Shown here piece after piece: positions 24,852 to 28,306 of a stretch of DNA of 28,306 bases. The notes under the pieces were generated by a model. That model was not told the origin of the DNA. It saw only the letters and a list, made by a program, of their open reading frames with translations, and did not search any database. A program made the position numbers and the translations under genes. Numbering within the stretch: the stretch's first letter is position 1; every line of letters starts with the position of its first letter. The DNA is from a virus (lineage: Duplodnaviria; Caudoviricetes), in the IMG/VR virus record IMGVR_UViG_3300043117_000434, positions 1 through 28,306 of that record. One strand, 5' to 3'.

Positions 24852-27800
24852 TGGAAACTTTAGATAATAAAAACACATTTTTTCCTAACGCCCGTAAAAA
24901 ACTTGCCGAAACTAAGGGCTATGGAAAATACAAGGGGTCTAGTTTAGCTGGCTTAGCAACTAAAGGGGCTTTGTCAGAGCTAACAATGGGATATTTTGCT
25001 CCTGATGAGACTCCAGAGCTAAGAACAACCCCTGAAAAAATAGCTTATTCTGCGGGTTCTCTGGTTGGTATGATGCCTACTTTTGCGGCTGCGGCGGCTG
25101 TTCCGCTTCTTGCTCCTGAAGCAGCGGCCTTAAAGGGCGCAAGAATAGCTAAGCTTATAGATACACTGCACAAAATAGGTAAGGTTCATAAGGTGGCGGA
25201 TAAAGCCGGTAAGATCAGAAACGTATCTAAACTGGGAATTGCTGCTGAGACTGCACTTAAATCAGGAAGAACATTTGGTATACACGGTGCTTTGCATGAA
25301 CTTCCTCCAGAGGAAAGAGAAGAAAACGTCTTAAAAAGGTTGGCGTCCAGAGCATTGCATGGGGCTGAAAGTGTTCCAAGCGGCATGGCTTTTGGTGCTG
25401 TGTCTCCTCTTGCTAAGACCAGGCTGGGACACATAGGTACTTCTGCAGGAACTGGAGCCGCTCTTTCTGCCATAAGCGGGGGGACAACTGAGGATGTTCT
25501 TATTCAAGGAGGGCTTCTTGGGCTTCTCTCTGCTGCGCATATTGGAACTGCTGATGCTAGGAAGATGGTTAAGAACATTGCAAAGGAGCTGGACAAAAAG
25601 AAGAAAGAAGATCGGAATAAAAGTATCCTGGAATTACTGTACCCAGGTGAAGAAGGCAAGCATGATTACAGTAAGCTTGCTAGAGAAATGGGAGTTAAAA
25701 CAGAAGAGGAGCAAAGATTATTTGATATTCTTGAGAGAGCCAAGGCAAGATCTGAAAGCTTTGAGCCAATGGATGTCCCTGGATTTATTCCGGCTGGTGA
25801 AAAGTTTCAGAGCAAGGGAGTTGGAGACTGGCTAGAGGCAAGAAGTAAGCTTAAAAGAGCTGCTCCTCCTTCTCCAAAGTACGACCGGCTTCCAATTGAA
25901 ATGCCCAAAAAAGAGATGGGCGAGTGGTTAGGAGAAAGAAGTGAAGCAGAGAAGAGAACTTTTCAGCACACTCCTGAGTTTGACAGGTTGCCTGGGACTG
26001 CTGCAATTCTTGGGAAAAAACCGGAGCCTTCTAAGGAGATTGTTACTCCAACTGGTGAAACTGTAAAGAATCTGAAAGAGCGAAAGAAAGCCGCTACCCG
26101 GGAAAGGCTTGCCAGAGAAATAGGAGTTCCTGTAAGGAGTGGTGTTGAAGATTGGCTTGGAGCGCTTAAGGGGGAAAAGAAAAAACCTGAGGAAAGAAGA
26201 ATAATTGAGCCTGAAAAGAAGGCTGAGGGGCTTAGTGTTTTTGGAATCAAGCGAAAACCAATTCCTAAGCCAAAAGAGAGAGAGACCAAGGATATTGGAT
26301 CTTGGCTAGAAGAAAGAAGCAAGTCCTTGGCAAAAAGGAAAGTGAAGGAAGAAATTCCTGTTGCTGGGAAAAAACCAAGCAAGCCTCTTTCCCCCTTAAA
26401 ACCTCCTACTGCCAAAGAGATGCGAGCTATCAAGACAGATCTTCTAAAAGAGATAGATGCCGCAATCAGTGAGGCAGGGGATACCCCGGAAAAGGGGAGT
26501 GAAAAGCTAAGTTTTTCACTAGGCCCAACCCTAACTACAGAATACCTTGTAGAAAACACACGAGAGTCCTTAAAAAAATTCCGAAATGTAATAAACAAGC
26601 ACTTTACTGTAACTTCTCCTTCGAAAAAGAAGAGTGTGTTGCCCACTAAAACTTCTATGGGCAGCAAACGAATAGATTCCCCTGATATAGAGTACTACTC
26701 TGAGTTTCGTCCAAGAAAGACTAAGCCATACAATGATCCAAAGAAGCCTGTAGCCTTGATTGGGGATGGCTTTGTTGGCTTCAATGGTACTGCTTATGGG
26801 ATGAAGCTGGGCAAGGTTCCTGATGTTAAAAAGTCAGAGGTACTAGATTATTCTGATAAAAAGATTGTAGATACTCTTACAGGAAAAACGGAGCCTGCAA
26901 CCATATTGGGAGAGTTTAAGCGAATTAATTCTACACAGCCTGCTGCTCATGTAAAAGATGAGTCTGGAAACAACTATACTTTCAAAGCTAAAGACATTGA
27001 TGCGATTACTACCAGATTTCCCGGGGCTAAGCCTTTTGTTGTTGAAATAAATGAAAAGGTCCATGTTCTTTTATTTAAGGATAAAAATGAAGTTGTGGCT
27101 TTTGCTATGGAGCTGGGAGAAACAGGGGAGATTCAACCACAAAAGCCCTTAACTTCTCTTATACTGGATATTGAAAAAACGAAAAAGATCTCTGAGGTTA
27201 AAGGAAAAGGAGCCGCTGCAAAGAAAGAAATATCTGCAATAAAGAAGATGTTTGGGGAAAAAAAGCTTAAGGAATCTCCTCGCAGAATATTCAGAATGAC
27301 TGAAGATGTAGAGATCAAAAATACCTCCGGGGAAAAGGTTACACTTCCTGCTGGAGAAGAATATGCCATATTTCCACATGTCACTGATCCAAAGAAAGTA
27401 GTTCTTCAAGATGGCAAAAGAGTTACTGTCTATGAGGGGGATCTGGGAAAACTTAAAGGCTTTGAGCTGAAGAAGGGAGTACAGCCTAAAGCTGGGGGTA
27501 TGGTGCATGAGCCTCCAATAACTCCTCCAAGAAAAATACCGGAATTCAAAAGTACTGAAGAGGCAATGGTTTGGGGAGAAAAGGCTACTCCAGAAGAACT
27601 GAAGAAACTGGATACTCTTAGAGCTAAGCATTCCGAAGTTTCTGAAAAGCTTCTGGGAGAACAAAAGTGGAATGAAGCTATGGCAGAAGCCACTAAGAGT
27701 CAGCTCTATCGAGAAGCCATAGAAGCAAAGACCCAAGGTATTCCTGATTTTGCCAAGGAAATTATTCGAAAATACAAAGAATCAAATCTTTCTGATGAGA

Positions 27801-28306
27801 AGGGTTCTTCAGAGCTCATAGGTGATATTGCAAAACTTGGAGCGAGGCTGATAAAGCAGGGATATAAAAGGTACTCAGACTTTGTGGGTGAAGTAAAAAA
27901 ACTTCTGGGAAGTATGTGGGAGAAAGTTCGTCCTGTTCTAAAGCAAGGATACGAACTGGCCAAGAAAATTGCTTCAGATGAAACTGGAACTTGGACTATT
28001 TATTCAGTCAGTAAAAAAGCTCAAAAAGCCATAGATAAAGCAAAAGGCGGCAAACTTAAGATTGGCGATGTTTTATCTCTAAAACAAAGGAAGCTTTCTG
28101 CAGATGCAGAAAAAGTAGCATTAGCACTTGGTGTTTCTTACAAAAAACAACGTCAGACAGAGCTTGAGTGGGAGCAGGAAGCAGACCGAATTCTGAATGA
28201 CAGTGTTGCTTTATTGGATACGCTGCAAAAAGCCAAAAAGGGAAGAGAGAAGCTTACCCCCGGAGAGAGCAGGGCAGTTCTCAAAGTAAATAATGCTACC
28301 TGTGAG
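24851..28306 (+). CDS. Large ejection/internal virion (polyvalent-type) protein, >=1152 aa, truncated by the right edge (not in ORF track)
   Basis: ATG overlaps the previous stop (TGATG). Manual translation METLDNKNTFFPNARKK... shows no stop to 28306. N-terminal Gly/Ala-rich hydrophobic helices, then a K/E/P-rich linker and globular segments. Confidence 0.85.
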   Translation, partial: METLDNKNTFFPNARKKLAETKGYGKYKGSSLAGLATKGALSELTMGYFAPDETPELRTTPEKIAYSAGSLVGMMPTFAAAAAVPLLAPEAAALKGARIAKLIDTLHKIGKVHKVADKAGKIRNVSKLGIAAETALKSGRTFGIHGALHELPPEEREENVLKRLASRALHGAESVPSGMAFGAVSPLAKTRLGHIGTSAGTGAALSAISGGTTEDVLIQGGLLGLLSAAHIGTADARKMVKNIAKELDKKKKEDRNKSILELLYPGEEGKHDYSKLAREMGVKTEEEQRLFDILERAKARSESFEPMDVPGFIPAGEKFQSKGVGDWLEARSKLKRAAPPSPKYDRLPIEMPKKEMGEWLGERSEAEKRTFQHTPEFDRLPGTAAILGKKPEPSKEIVTPTGETVKNLKERKKAATRERLAREIGVPVRSGVEDWLGALKGEKKKPEERRIIEPEKKAEGLSVFGIKRKPIPKPKERETKDIGSWLEERSKSLAKRKVKEEIPVAGKKPSKPLSPLKPPTAKEMRAIKTDLLKEIDAAISEAGDTPEKGSEKLSFSLGPTLTTEYLVENTRESLKKFRNVINKHFTVTSPSKKKSVLPTKTSMGSKRIDSPDIEYYSEFRPRKTKPYNDPKKPVALIGDGFVGFNGTAYGMKLGKVPDVKKSEVLDYSDKKIVDTLTGKTEPATILGEFKRINSTQPAAHVKDESGNNYTFKAKDIDAITTRFPGAKPFVVEINEKVHVLLFKDKNEVVAFAMELGETGEIQPQKPLTSLILDIEKTKKISEVKGKGAAAKKEISAIKKMFGEKKLKESPRRIFRMTEDVEIKNTSGEKVTLPAGEEYAIFPHVTDPKKVVLQDGKRVTVYEGDLGKLKGFELKKGVQPKAGGMVHEPPITPPRKIPEFKSTEEAMVWGEKATPEELKKLDTLRAKHSEVSEKLLGEQKWNEAMAEATKSQLYREAIEAKTQGIPDFAKEIIRKYKESNLSDEKGSSELIGDIAKLGARLIKQGYKRYSDFVGEVKKLLGSMWEKVRPVLKQGYELAKKIASDETGTWTIYSVSKKAQKAIDKAKGGKLKIGDVLSLKQRKLSADAEKVALALGVSYKKQRQTELEWEQEADRILNDSVALLDTLQKAKKGREKLTPGESRAVLKVNNATCE

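Noticed and set aside
24878-27963. Several short ORFs listed in the track at the right end
   Set aside because: All lie within or antisense to the uninterrupted + strand ORF starting at 24851.
1-28306. Stop-codon reassignment
   Set aside because: Genes tile densely under the standard code, and TAA, TAG and TGA all end genes at sensible boundaries.

Overview
This window is the packaging and virion module of a tailed dsDNA bacteriophage with a podovirus-like gene order. No integrase, replication, lysis, tRNA, CRISPR or host genes are visible. On the + strand the order is terS, a ~0.6 kb structured spacer, terL, four small ORFs (one DUF3008-like), portal, scaffold, major capsid protein, two decoration-type proteins, adaptor, tail proteins, two tandem lectin-domain proteins, a Cys-rich tail protein, and three probable ejection/internal virion proteins. 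The last is >=1152 aa, runs off the right edge and is absent from the ORF track. The first 1.2 kb is a divergent (-) small-gene region rich in long inverted repeats. Highlights: (1) two adjacent proteins carry an N-terminal lectin-like domain on a strictly alternating Ser-X (SPSE/SPSL/SPSA) stalk; (2) two intergenic elements combine an anti-Shine-Dalgarno UUCUCCUU with terminator hairpins, one behind a near-consensus promoter (candidate sRNAs); (3) a duplicated AUAC-bulged hairpin lies at the scaffold RBS; (4) several small structural proteins appear to contain inserted domains; (5) an exact 55-bp duplication may be an assembly seam. All product calls come from motif recognition and synteny, with no database search.
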